Source: Octopus vulgaris (lineage: Eukaryota). From it: DNA of 64,000 nt. Numbering within the stretch: the stretch's first letter is position 1; the number at the start of each line of letters is the position of its first letter. The translations under genes and the position numbers were made by a program. The notes beneath the pieces were generated by a model. The model had not been told where the DNA came from, searched no databases, and was given only the letters and a program-made list of their open reading frames with translations. The stretch is taken from the NCBI GenBank assembly GCA_951406725.2, contig OX597826.1, positions 13,578,001 through 13,642,000 of the forward strand, written 5' to 3'. Below, one piece after another: positions 26,212 to 38,188 of the stretch.

Positions 26212-26595
26212 TCTTTATATATAAAAGTGAGGTTGTGTGTCTGTCTCCTACGATTTAGATTCCTAACTACTCCCACATTTTGCGGTGCAGTTTAACCAAA
26301 ACCGGGTATCTTATAGTCGTGATTCATATCGAGCCCTTCTGGGCTTTAGCGCGCGTCTACGATTTTAAAATAAAATTACCATCAATTTTTCCTATTTTTA
26401 ATGCATTTTTGGCATATATAAGGGGAGTAACTCTCTAAAAATTTATTATTAAATCTCAGAACGTAAAAAGCTACAGTAACACCCACCCCCCTTGTGGTTA
26501 GCCATATTGAGATGGCTATTATACTTTACATGTCTAAAAATGCTTATATAGTTATTTCCCTTACAAACCCGAGCAACGCCGGGCGATACTGCTAG
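26212..26595 (+). mobile_element. Non-autonomous Helitron, copy 4 (extra ~90-bp internal segment)
   Basis: Same termini. 26442-26532 absent from other copies. Confidence 0.85.
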
Positions 26596-28671
26596 TGGAA
26601 TATAAAAACCAAGACATATTCTTCCAACTTATCTAAGGAAGACTAGCTTCCTAGGCACTGTAAATAGCATGTACATGGTGTTATATGTCAGCTGGTAATT
26701 TGAGTTTCACCACAAGCTCAGCCCAAGAAAGAGTTCACTACCATTTTGCTTGTACATAATGTTTTGTATATCACAACTGGAGCATTGGTAGTCACAAGCT
26801 TCCGACAGGCCAACCACTGCTCACTATATTTCTGAAAGAATAAGTAGTACAGGAGTAACTATAAACTTGATGCAGAACAAATTTTTCAAAGGGCTTCATT
26901 TGTAAAGCACCAGTTTCTCTGACCAGTGACACAGTCTTATTAGATTACTAGATTGTTTAAACATTTCGGGTTACTTAAATTAATTAACAATTATAATCTG
27001 TTACGCTAACCACTCTTTAAAAATGCTTAATCGTTGGAAGTTTTCAGTTAGGAAGAAGGTGAACATTTACAATACGGAATATGCTTGTCCATTATATCGA
27101 ATTTACAAACGTAATAGACAACCAATTACTGTAATACTAGAGAATAAAAACGACTCGTATAAGGTATCCGAAGTCATTACTAGGGTTCATTTGAATATCT
27201 GTTTGAATATCACTGGCTTATGATTAAGAACAGTCATGAATCTGAGTGGAAGAGATATAATTTATGATCGTAATGCATTTTCTAAATACATTAATAGAGT
27301 AAAGGAAGAGAAATATCTTTAACTTAGAATTAAAAATCTGCCAAATCTTCAAGAAGGCTGTTCGAGCCGTGATTACTCCGTCATTATTTAGATATAATGT
27401 ATCCAGAATTTATAATCCCATGTGATATCACTTCTTTTAAGGAGGAAGCGCAAAATTTGTGGAAGATTTGGCTGCTGAATTTAGTATATCGTATGATCAT
27501 TTAGAAGTATTCCTCGTGGTTCGATATTTTGAAATATTGCGACGAATATGAATTATCATGTTTTGTCGTGAAATGATAACAATCCTCTCTAATATAGGCA
27601 CAATGTCTGAAATTTTGAGGGAGAGGGTAGTCGATTACATCGACCCCGGTACTTGATTGATACTCATCTTATCGATCTTGAAAGGATGAATGGCAAAAAA
27701 GTTGAACTCAGAACATTGAAATGCTAACCATTTTGTCCGGCGTGCTAACGTTCCCGCTAGCTTGTCGCCATAAATAGAATGATAGTTATAAGGTAATACT
27801 TCCGCTTTCATATATAACGAATTAAAATTCTGAACACTGAATACTGAAACAAAAAAAGAACATATACTTCACAATCTCCAGCTACTCTGCCTATAAAATC
27901 TTGAATTTATTTGTACGCTAGAAGAATATTCCTGACTCAAAAAGGTTAACTTTAAATTAACTTTCACAAGCACACATTGTACACACACTCACACACACAC
28001 ACACACAGAAAAGCATTTTCACACTTTCTTCAAGAATGATTTTGATCCTACCTCTTCTTCCCCTCTCTACACGTAGCTGAACTGCTTGACCAATGCCACA
28101 AACCAATTAACACACCTACACATACCCATTTTCACATTCTGAACTTGCATCCATCATATTGCACTTGCACTTCTTTCAAAACAGCTCCTTGTTTCTCCTC
28201 TCCTTCTTCCGTCGGTACTTATCTGTCGTTTCACAGCACTTACAGACGTACTTTACTTCACTATCTTTTCAACTTCCCGCGTTTAAGCTCTTTCATAATC
28301 ATGCCATATTTTCACCGGGATCTTTTACCATTGTCTTCGGTTGTTACTTTCACTTCCGACGTTTACTATCGTAAATTTTCTGTTGTCTGTCTTAATCCTT
28401 CACTCTTTGTTTCACTGTTGTACGTCCCCAAAATAATGTTTTTCTCACCTACCTTAATATATTTTCAGTTTATGCACATTGCAGATGGTTTCACCTTTCC
28501 ACGTAAGCTGCAGTACTTTCTTGGCACCTGTAGTTACATACACACTCGTTCATACAGCCTTGCATACACGCTTTCCGACTACTTACCCAACGTTAACACA
28601 ACAACATCATCCCACTCATCCCATAACCAAAGACATCAAATTTTCACCCTTAAACATCGATACACATGCAT

Positions 28672-29105
28672 ATACGAGGAGGTACCCAAAAGAAACCAGA
28701 ATTTTGCTGGTAGAAACGTTAGCACGCCGGGCGAAATGCTTAGCAGTATTTCATCTGCCATTACGTTCTGAGTTCAAATTCTACCGAGGTCGACTTTGCC
28801 TTTCATCCTTTTGGGATCGATAAATTAGGTACCAGTTACGCACTGGGGTATATGTACTCGACTTAATCCCTTTGTCTGTCTTTGTTTGTCCCCTCTATGT
28901 TTAGCCCCTTGTGGGCAATTAAGAAACAAGAATTTTGCAATATTATCTTATTCACTTAGTTTTCCATGTTTACACTTTTGTCGCCTTCAAAGTATTCTTC
29001 ATTTGAAGCAATGCATCAGTCCAAACGCGTTTTCCACTGTTCGAAACAATGCTAGAACTCTTGCGAAGTGATGAATTTTAACGGCTCTGTTATTTTTTCT
29101 TCCCT
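28672..29105. mobile_element. mariner end fragment interrupted by a SINE (28707-28925)
   Basis: TA|CGAGGAGG start. aagaaac(c/a)agaattttgc duplicated either side of the SINE (TSD-like). Confidence 0.5.
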
Positions 29106-29818
29106 TCTCCCACATCTGCAAATGCCGTAGTACTAGCTTTCGTCACTAGTGATGACTTTCGAAAACGTTCCGGATCAACTTCCAGCTGTTCTTTCAGTTC
29201 ACGAGGCACAATCAGTCGTGACTGCTTTTCACCTTCTGTGAGCAAGTGACCTTCTGAAAGCATTAAGTTATTACTGGGTTTCAGTCGCTTTGCCTTCTCT
29301 GTATTGTACTGCAGTTTTTGCATTCCATTACACACACACACATATATGTATGTGTATATGCTTTATATGCGTACTAAGGCTGCTATTGGTTTCATGTTAA
29401 AGAATAACTCAAGAATTATCAAACCTTTCGCATCGGAGCTCGTCTCCATTTTGGATTAAAACACGATAAGTCACGGAAAGTTACAAGAAAATCACGCGAG
29501 AAGTTCGGTGGCAAAAAGACAGAAGACATCGGGGGAACAACTCTAGGATGATTATCTCCCTTCGATTCGACTTCTCGTAAAATTAAGATTCACATTTGTA
29601 TACATGTATACACAACCCTGAATTAATATTTAACGTGCATAAAATTTTACAATTTCAAAATTTGTTCACTTAAAAGTTCCTATTTACATACATGTGCACC
29701 TGGTTGGTGAATGTTTATCACATACTATGACATCAAAATTTTAGTGTTTTTGTAATTTCATATACTACTGAGTTTGTGGATATGTGCGTATTCATAGATT
29801 AGTATATTTATCTGTCTT

Positions 29819-29890
<72 letters not shown>

Positions 29891-29901
29891 ACTATCTATC
29901 G

Positions 29902-29963
<62 letters not shown>

Positions 29964-29976
29964 TCTGTGTGTCTGT

Positions 29977-30084
<108 letters not shown>

Positions 30085-30230
30085 GACATAGTATATATTT
30101 AAATACATAGAGAATCCACTTATAGGGATTCCACGTGCTAGAAAGAACAGCTAAGTTCTATAACCACCAAAAATTGGGAATAAGATTCGACAGGAATAAA
30201 TTTGGAAATTAAAAACATTTACCATCTAGA

Positions 30231-30308
30231 TTCCTGGACCAATTAGTTTCTAATCTTCTTTTAGCGAGTCATAGAGAGCTCACAAGGGCTGATTTTCGTT
30301 AGCAAGAA
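30231..30308 (-). ncRNA. Hammerhead-like motif with CUAACGA core (inverted copy)
   Basis: Reverse-complement copy of 30531-30608 with a few substitutions. Confidence 0.55.
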
Positions 30309-30530
30309 CCAACTTATCTACACGAGACAAAACAGGCTACCTGTCCCGTGTACGTACAACCTAACTTTTCAAATTTTCTTCGCAGACGCAATAAACCGCC
30401 AACTTTTAACCGAAAATTATCCAAAAATCTGCAGTATTCAATCATATCAAAGGGAAATGGAATTTAATTAAAGTTAAAAATATTCAATCAAGAAACATAT
30501 AGCATATTTTGTCTCGTGTAGATAGGTTGG

Positions 30531-30608
30531 TTCCTGCTAACGAAGATCAGCCCTTGTGAGCTCTCTATGACTCGCTAAAAGAAGATTAGAAACCAATTGG
30601 TCCAGGAA
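30531..30608 (+). ncRNA. Hammerhead-like motif with CUAACGA core
   Basis: UUCCUG-CUAACGA-[45 nt]-GAAA-CCAAUUGG-UC-CAGGAA. Perfect 6-bp stem I, palindromic stem III, GUC site. Confidence 0.6.
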
Positions 30609-30887
30609 TCTAGATGGTAAATGTTTTTAATTTCCAAATTTATTCCTGTCGAATTTTATCCCCAATTTTTTTTGTGGTTATAGAACTTAGCTGTTCTTTC
30701 TAGCGCATAGAATCCCTATAAGTGGATTCTCTATGTATTTAAATATACACTGTATCGTATGACTAATATATAGTCTTTTTTTACTAAAATCTTTTACGCG
30801 TTGGACCACTGGAAAAGTAATTTTTGATTGAATGCTTTTAACTTTAATTAAATTCCATTTCCCATTGATATGATATATATATACACT

Positions 30888-30941
<54 letters not shown>

Positions 30942-30947
<6 letters not shown>

Positions 30948-31372
30948 CAATTAAGGACAACTTCTTAATAAGGAAAACTTAACAAGAAATTATCTGGTAG
31001 ATAGCGTGAAAGACCTCATAAGAGAAAACATTTCGAAAATAATTCTTTCTTATAACATATTAATTTATATATAGAGGGCATTATTATACATACATGCCAC
31101 ACGCTAAGAGGGACAAAATTAGTCATTTCTACCAAAAATTTTACTAATCCCACCGAATGCAATTTTTCAAAGTAAGACATTTAAAAATATGGACTTGTAT
31201 CACCTGTGATTTCATACCTCTGTATTCATCAGCAAGCCTGGACGTATCATAAATGTCTTACTTTGAAAAATTGCATTCGGTGGGATTAGTAAAATTTTTG
31301 GTAGAAATGACTAATTTTGTCCCTCTTAGCGTGTGGCATGTATGTATAATAATGCCCTCTATATATAAATTA
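30942..31372 (-). mobile_element. 3'-end fragment of a probable Penelope-like element with 5' fold-back
   Basis: Apparently perfect ~123-bp inverted repeat (31061-31183 / 31250-31372) with a hammerhead in the spacer. (TA)n flanks. Confidence 0.7.
31192..31238 (-). ncRNA. Canonical type I hammerhead ribozyme
   Basis: GGCUUG-CUGAUGA-AUAC(AGAG)GUAU-GAAA-UCAC(AG)GUGA-UA-CAAGUC. All three stems and the full core are present. Confidence 0.88.
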
Positions 31373-31389
31373 TATATATATATATATAT

Positions 31390-31614
31390 TGATAGAAATG
31401 GCAAGACAACAAAAGAATGATGGAGACCTCGATATTATGTAACTAGAGGAATTTATCTGTAAATGTAATATGTGACAATTATTCAGTAGCCATGATAAAA
31501 CTCCAAGTTTCGGATGTCGGGGCGGAACCCACGCCGACACCTCTTCAGTTATCTGGTCATAAAAAAAATGCTATGAAAATGACCGTTAAACAGTCCTTTG
31601 TTTAACGGTCATTT
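31390..31614 (-). mobile_element. 3'-end fragment of a probable Penelope-like element
   Basis: Hammerhead 31494-31553. Tail ends in (TA)n. 16-bp perfect hairpin 31577-31614 at the 5' junction. Confidence 0.6.
31494..31553 (-). ncRNA. Type I hammerhead ribozyme
   Basis: GAUAA-CUGAAGA-GGUGUCGG...CCGACAUCC-GAAAC(UUGGA)GUU-UUAUC. Confidence 0.8.
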
Positions 31615-31616
31615 AT

Positions 31617-31689
<73 letters not shown>

Positions 31690-32362
31690 AAGAGAGAGAC
31701 TTTTGTATACATAAACATGAAATGTACTTATATCTGCATTTCTGTGCGTACATTTTGGACACTTATACGTGATTGTGAAATTTCACGTATATGTTACGAA
31801 CATATTCTTACAAGTATCTTAATGTCGAATTTGTAATATTCTTCTTAATAATCCTCTGAATAACCCTAAACTTTAACTTTATACAATATAGCACTATTTT
31901 TTAAAATATTTAACTATAGTACGACATGATAAGATTTCCCCTGTGTCATTATCAATGGTCCGCTAGTGGCCAGCCCCTTAATTGTCAGTTAACATCTTGA
32001 TTTAAGTTTTTCCTTTACCAAATCTCATGATATTGCTTCTAATAAATCTTGATTTTTTTATGACTATACCCACTATGATTTCTGTCGACTCCCTCAGCCC
32101 TACCCCTAACAGACACTGCCGCTTGTCCTCTCGGCCTTAGATATACAAGGATTTGATAAAACTAGTCTATAAATTATAACTGACCCCATAAAACAGTGAC
32201 AAGCAAGATCTGTAACAAATCTTTCTTCCTGATACCTTAGTAACTTCTAAGTTGAAGTGAAGGCAGCATGTTCTTTGTCTATCTCCTTACCTTCTTGGAG
32301 ATTTCAGGTAAAATTATACTAATGTATCCATCTGTTTTAATTTAATTAAATTCTATGTCTTT

Positions 32363-32450
32363 GTGCAGCTGAGGATTGCTCTGCATTTAAATTGATGTAA
32401 TGTTTGCATTGTTCAATTAAATGTAGTTGCGTGAAACGATCGTACTGCAT
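32363..32450 (+). ncRNA. Type I hammerhead ribozyme with long helix II
   Basis: GUGCAG-CUGAGGA-[57-nt hairpin incl. CUGCAUUUAA/UUAAAUGUAG]-GAAAC-GAUC-GUA-CUGCAU. Confidence 0.82.
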
Positions 32451-33195
32451 TACTTCTGGATATCCTTGTTGCTTATTTTGATTTTAACCACCTTATTTTG
32501 AAATTGTATGGATAATACCGAACTAAATGCTGGTACCTCAACTTAAGTACCATATTCATCTGAATCTATGTATATATGGCCCGAGGCTATAATCGAAGGC
32601 ACTTACTCGAAGTGACACGCAGAAGGATTTAACCAGGAACCCTACTGTTCAGAAGCAAACTTCTTGTCACACAACCACGCCTTTCCGTGCGCATGTATGT
32701 GCGCATGCATATAATTACATAACACACACATACTTATACACATACACGCACCCACACACGCACCTACACGCACCCCCACACACACATATATGAATATGTA
32801 TACATAAATATACATGTCTATATAAATAAATAAAAATATATCATATACACACGCTACATAGATACATACAAAGGCGCTTTCATGCTTATATGTATATATA
32901 TTTATATAGACCTATGAGGGCGAGAAAGAAAGAAAGAAAGAAAGACAGAAAGGAAGAAAGAAAGAAAGAGTGATGTACGAATAAATACGAAATTAATCTC
33001 TTGGTATGATGGAGACAAAAGAGCGTAAGGAGAGAACCATTCATGTGTGGTCTAAGAGTTTGTTTACGTCTTTCGGTTCCCTTTTTTGCTTGTAAACTTC
33101 GGCTGTATATTCAAATGTATATATATATATTTGGTTGTTTGTTTATGCACTCGTGAGTATGAGTGTATATATGTATATGTATGTATATATGTATG

Positions 33196-33228
<33 letters not shown>

Positions 33229-33286
33229 ATATATATGTATATATGTATATATATCTCTCTTTCTCTCTCTCTCTTTCTCTCTCTCG

Positions 33287-33435
<149 letters not shown>

Positions 33436-33816
33436 AATGTATGTATCTATGCATGCATGCATGTGCGTGCTCGTCCTATAGCTGCGCAGTTAAACAAAGA
33501 AACTGTGTGTAATTTAATATTTCAAAACACAACGACCGAACAACAAACAAACATATTTAAAACTACGATGCTAGTTTTTCTTAGATAGACATCAGACGGA
33601 CAAACACGCTGCCAGGACGGCAGAAAGTCATGCAGGCAGGCAGTATGCGGTGGTGGGGGAGAGGGACGTGCAGGGAAATATTTCGAAACACGCAAACTTT
33701 TAAGAAGGTATGGATAGATGAGTGGTTAGAAAGTTCACTTGACAACCACGTGGTTTGGGGTTCAGTCCTACTGTGCATTTGCTTCGGCAATTGCCTTCTA
33801 ATATTATCGTGAGATA

Positions 33817-34745
33817 AGGCGGTGAGCTGGCAGAAATGTTAGCACGCCGGGCGAAATGCGTTGCCATATTTCGTCTGCCGTTACGTTCTGAGTTCAAATT
33901 CCGCCGAGATCGACTTTGCCTTTCATCCTTTCGGGGTCGATTAAATAAGTACCAGTTACGCACTGGGGTCGATGTAATCGACTTAATCCGTTTATCTGTC
34001 CTTGCTTATCCTCTCTGTGTTTAGCCCCTTGTGGGTAGTAAAGAAATAGGTATTTCGTCTGCCGCTACGTTCTGACTTCAAATTCCGCCGAGGTCGACTT
34101 TGCCTTTCATCTTTTCGGGGTCGATTAAATAAGTACCAGTTACGCACTGGGGTCGATATAATCGACTTAATCCGTTTATCTGTCCTTGTTTATCCTCTCT
34201 GTGTTTAGCCCCTTGTGGGTAGTAAAGAAATAGGTATTTCGTCTGCCGCTACGTTCTGACTTCAAATTCCGCCGAGGTCGACTTTGCCTTTCATCCTTTC
34301 GGGGTCGATTAAATAAGTACCAGTTACGCACTGGGGTCGATATAATCGACTTAATCCGTTTATCTGTCCTTGTTTATCCTCTCTGTGTTTAGCTCCTTGT
34401 GGGTAGTAAAGAAATAGGTATTTCGTCTGCCGCTACGTTCTGACTTCAAATTCCGCCGAGGTCGACTTTGCCTTTCATCCTTTCGGGGTCGATTAAATAA
34501 GTACCAGTTACGCACTGGGGTCGATATAATCGACTTAATCCGTTTATCTGTCCTTGTTTATCCTCTCTGTGTTTAGCCCCTTGTGTGTAATAAAGAAATA
34601 GGTATTTCGTCCGGCTTCAAGTTCTGAGTTAAAATTTGCCCGTCATCCTTTCGGGGATGATTAAGTAGGGGTTGGGTACAGGGATCGATGTAATCGACTT
34701 ATCTCCTCCCACGAAATTGTTGGCGTTCTGCCAAAATTTGAAATC
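33817..34745 (+). mobile_element. tRNA-derived SINE (Meta-like central domain) tandem array, 184-bp period
   Basis: Head ggcggtgagctggcagaa with B-box-like gttcaaattc. Junctions at 34049, 34233, 34417, 34601. Confidence 0.9.
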
Positions 34746-34754
34746 AATATAAGC

Positions 34755-35101
34755 TGCTGAGCTGAAAACCCCTCGATCATGACTGACCATGGGACTGCAC
34801 CTGGAAAGTTACCCTCCCATTCACAAGTCCGGGCAAGGTTGTTTATGGAAGACCAGCAGTTGCCCATGCATACCAGCCTCCCCTCTCCCCGCCACCAGTG
34901 TTGTCCAAGGGAAAGGCAAAGGGGCCGATGCAGCTTGGCACCTGTGACGTCGCAACTCATTTCTACAGCCTAGTGAACTGGAGCAACGTGAAATAAAGTG
35001 ACTTGCTCAAGAACACAACGCGCAGCCCGGTCCCGGAATCGAACTCACAGATTCCCGATTGTAACCTCGACGCTCGAACCACTGAGCCATGCGCCTTCAC
35101 T
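34755..35101 (-). mobile_element. Fourth tRNA-derived SINE
   Basis: gcatggctcagtggttcgagcg A box, gagttcgattcc B box, cttgagcaagtcacttt CORE-like block. Confidence 0.75.
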
Positions 35102-35506
35102 AATAACTTGCGCGCGAATTTGGTTGACGAATATCGTGTAGAATACCGTCATGTATATGTGTGTGTGTGTGTGTTGAGTGTGTGTTGTGTTTGTGTCTAT
35201 GCTGAGAGCGTGTTTATGCGTGCATGTGTCTGTTTGTGTGTGCGTTTATGCAGATGCCCACATTTTTGTGTTTAAGTTCATTTGCGAGATCATCTCTTTT
35301 ACTCTTTTACTTGTTTCAGTCATTTGACTGTGGCCATGCTGGAGCACCGACTTTAGTCGAGCAGATCGAACCCAGGACTTATTCTTTGTAAGCCTAGTAC
35401 TTTTCCTATCGGTCTCTCTTGCTGAACCGCTAAGTTACGGGGACGTAAACACACCAACATTGGTTGTCAAGCGATGTTGAGGGGACAAACATAGACACAC
35501 AAACAT

Positions 35507-35591
<85 letters not shown>

Positions 35592-35628
35592 GAAGCACTC
35601 CGTCGGTTACGACGACGAGGGTTCCGGT

Positions 35629-35684
<56 letters not shown>

Positions 35685-36049
35685 ATATATATATACATAC
35701 ATATATACAACGAGCTTCTTTCAGTTTCCGTCTACCAAATCCACTCACAAGCCTTTGGTCGGTCCAAGGCTATAGTAGAAGACGCTTACCCAAGGTACTA
35801 CTCAGTGCGATTGAACCCGGAACCATGTGGTTCGTAAGCAAGCTACTTATCACACTGTCACTCCTACGCCTACCATCGTTGTTTTTTTTGTTTGTTTTTG
35901 CATCTCAGTGATTCACCAAAAAAGAAGCTGATAGAATAAGTACCAGACTTTAAGTACTTGAAACGATTTAATCAACAGTTGTAAACTGAGACTTAGTATG
36001 GCTGTAGTCCGATGATTGAAACAGTTAAAAAAATTAAGAAAGTATGTTC

Positions 36050-36480
36050 ATATAAGGAGAGTTTTTTTGAAAAAAACAAAAGACGAAGACTGGTGGTGTA
36101 CAAACCAAACAGATGTATTAGTATAACGCTCAGGAATAGAAAAAGTCTTTAACGTTTCGAGCCTACGCTCTTCTACAGAAAGGAACACAGAAAAAAACAA
36201 GGAGAGAAACAAGTGTTTGTAATGGCTAACGATCTATCATGGCGACTGACTGCCGGACAAAAGGGTCACACAAGTGGGCGAAGAATTAGGGGAGATAACA
36301 AAGTAAAGATGACCCCCAACACGAAGGTGCGTGTGTGAATAAGAGAGTATGTATATGTGTGTGAAAGAGAGCTGGTGGTCTGGACGTGTGTGTGTGTATG
36401 TATGTGTAGGTGTGAAAATGTGGGGATGGGAATTGGTCAGTGCTGGTGTGTGGGGTGGTATTCTTCTTTGGGCTTTGATA
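36050..36480 (-). mobile_element. Diverged 3'-end fragment of a related Penelope-like element
   Basis: Aligns by eye to 10031-10400 (aaacaaaagacgaag, tgtattagta..cgctcagga, gtctttaacgtttcgagcctacgctcttc, catggcga, ggggagataa, gtctggacgtg). Boundaries approximate. Confidence 0.85.
36147..36182 (-). ncRNA. Hammerhead-like motif (core CUGUAGA)
   Basis: CUUU-CUGUAGA-A-GAGC(GUAG)GCUC-GAAACGUU-AAAG. Differs from the pLTR core only at the free position 7. Confidence 0.65.
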
Positions 36481-36671
36481 ACCGGGGTGCAATCATTCTG
36501 TAGTAATACTTTCAAAGTTTTTTAGTGAACCATAACGAACTTGATACTTATTTAGATTGATATTTATTTTATACGTTCCACCCTGTCGAATGTCTATATA
36601 ACAGTTTCACATACAGAAAAGCAGCTCGATACAGCTGAGTGATTGTGTATATGTATACATACACACACACA

Positions 36672-36875
36672 CAGCTTGTAATCTAGATAGAGTAACTGCA
36701 GATTTCTCAATAGTTCAGCATAGGTATTCTGATTTTCACTGATCTTCAGCTTTATGTTAACATCAGCTGGGCAGCTAATTTCCACAACTGTCCGCAGTTT
36801 CTCTTCATCCCAAATCATTATATCAGGTCTGTTGTGCTTACATTTTATTGAGGTTTTCACTGGTACATTCCACAA
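36672..36875 (-). mobile_element. Short endonuclease-domain fragment of the same R4/Dong-like family
   Basis: [39 protein letters not shown]. Matches 58540-58736. Confidence 0.85.
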
Positions 36876-36932
36876 GTATGTATGCATGTATGTATGTATG
36901 TATGTATGTATGTATGTATGTATGTATGTATG

Positions 36933-36965
<33 letters not shown>

Positions 36966-37881
36966 GATATAGTCCTCTCTTTGTTTCTTCGTCAATAAAT
37001 TCCTGATCTTACTTTTTCGCAGACAGTCAATTTAAGTTGTTCCCACTTCATGGGAAGATACACGTAACCGTTATTTCATTTTGCAAAATACCATTGCAAT
37101 GCCACACTTCACATTTAGAGATAATTTTTCTCTTTGTTGACTGATGAAAGAAAAACATCGGAATGAGAGATTGAGATTTCTGATATATAAATTTCCCTTG
37201 GATTTTGTTCTTCTCTCTTCCGTTCTCGAAAATAATTACTTTTAATTGAAAGGGTACATTCTATTCTACCGTTGTTGGTGTGTGTCTGTGTGCGTATGTA
37301 TATGTGCGGAGACGCATGCGCGTGTATGTATGTGTATGTGTGGCTGCTCTCAGAGTGATACAGCAATCTATCTCTGTCTGTCTCTATATAATAATCTATT
37401 TATCTACATGGCTGATTCTGTCATTTTAGATTTGAAGTACTTCTAGAGAAGTATTTTTGAAAATGGCAATACGTACTATTACGGCTAAAGCTAAATTAAG
37501 ATAATTGATGCCATTTATCAGGGACAGATTAAAAAATTTCCACCGGTATTATGTTATTTTACGCATAAATATTATGCTTGTGTGTATGTACGTACGTATA
37601 TATATATATGTGTCTGTGTAAATATATGTGCGTATTTGTGTGTGTGTTTGTATAACAGACATGCGCAACTATTTAAAGTAATGATAACCGCTTCATTTTT
37701 CATTAATCTCCACTCGAGGGTCGGTATGTGTACCACAACGTTATGGATATGTGGATATATATGCTTGCTGTTCTTGTAAAATGAAAATAAAAATAACACA
37801 ACGTTATTTAGTTGTATTCAAGTTAATGATTTCAGTTTTGTTTTTACTATGTTTGTTTGCATTTCAAGTGAAGGTACTTAC

Positions 37882-37920
37882 GTTTCAGTAGACAAACACA
37901 AGCACTTATGTGCTTTGAAA
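37882..37920 (-). other. Candidate 39-nt host exon
   Basis: Minus strand: long polypyrimidine tract + ATAG acceptor, then AC|GTAAGT donor. Confidence 0.35.
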
Positions 37921-38188
37921 CTATAAAAAGAAGAGAGAGAGAAAAAAAAAAAGTAAAAGTAATCACTGAAACGTTATCAAACACTTCAGTTGAAAAGTTG
38001 CATCTACTGTAATAGAGTGGGAAACCGTCCACGAATCCAGCCGACAGTTCTTCTGGTGTGTCTCGGATAAAATGACTCTCGATAGTCTCTTCAACAATTA
38101 CTTGATACATACCAGTAATTCAGCCCTCATGGTGTATATTACTGATTACTTTGATATTCCTAGGAAACACATAATCACAGCTATTACC

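Larger units (their letters stand above)
30085..30874. mobile_element. Inverted-duplicated 3'-end fragment of a probable Penelope-like element
   Basis: ~240-bp inverted repeat (30095-30332 vs 30507-30748) plus second ~50-bp inverted pair (30441-30491 vs 30823-30874). Hammerhead-like motif. (TA)n on both sides. Confidence 0.65.

Noticed and set aside
28145-28771. 208-aa ORF
   Set aside because: TTG start, no recognisable motif, runs into mariner and SINE sequence.
33817-34745. CRISPR-like array or tRNA gene cluster
   Set aside because: Units are near-identical with no unique spacers. Heads are SINE tRNA-derived regions, not full cloverleaves.
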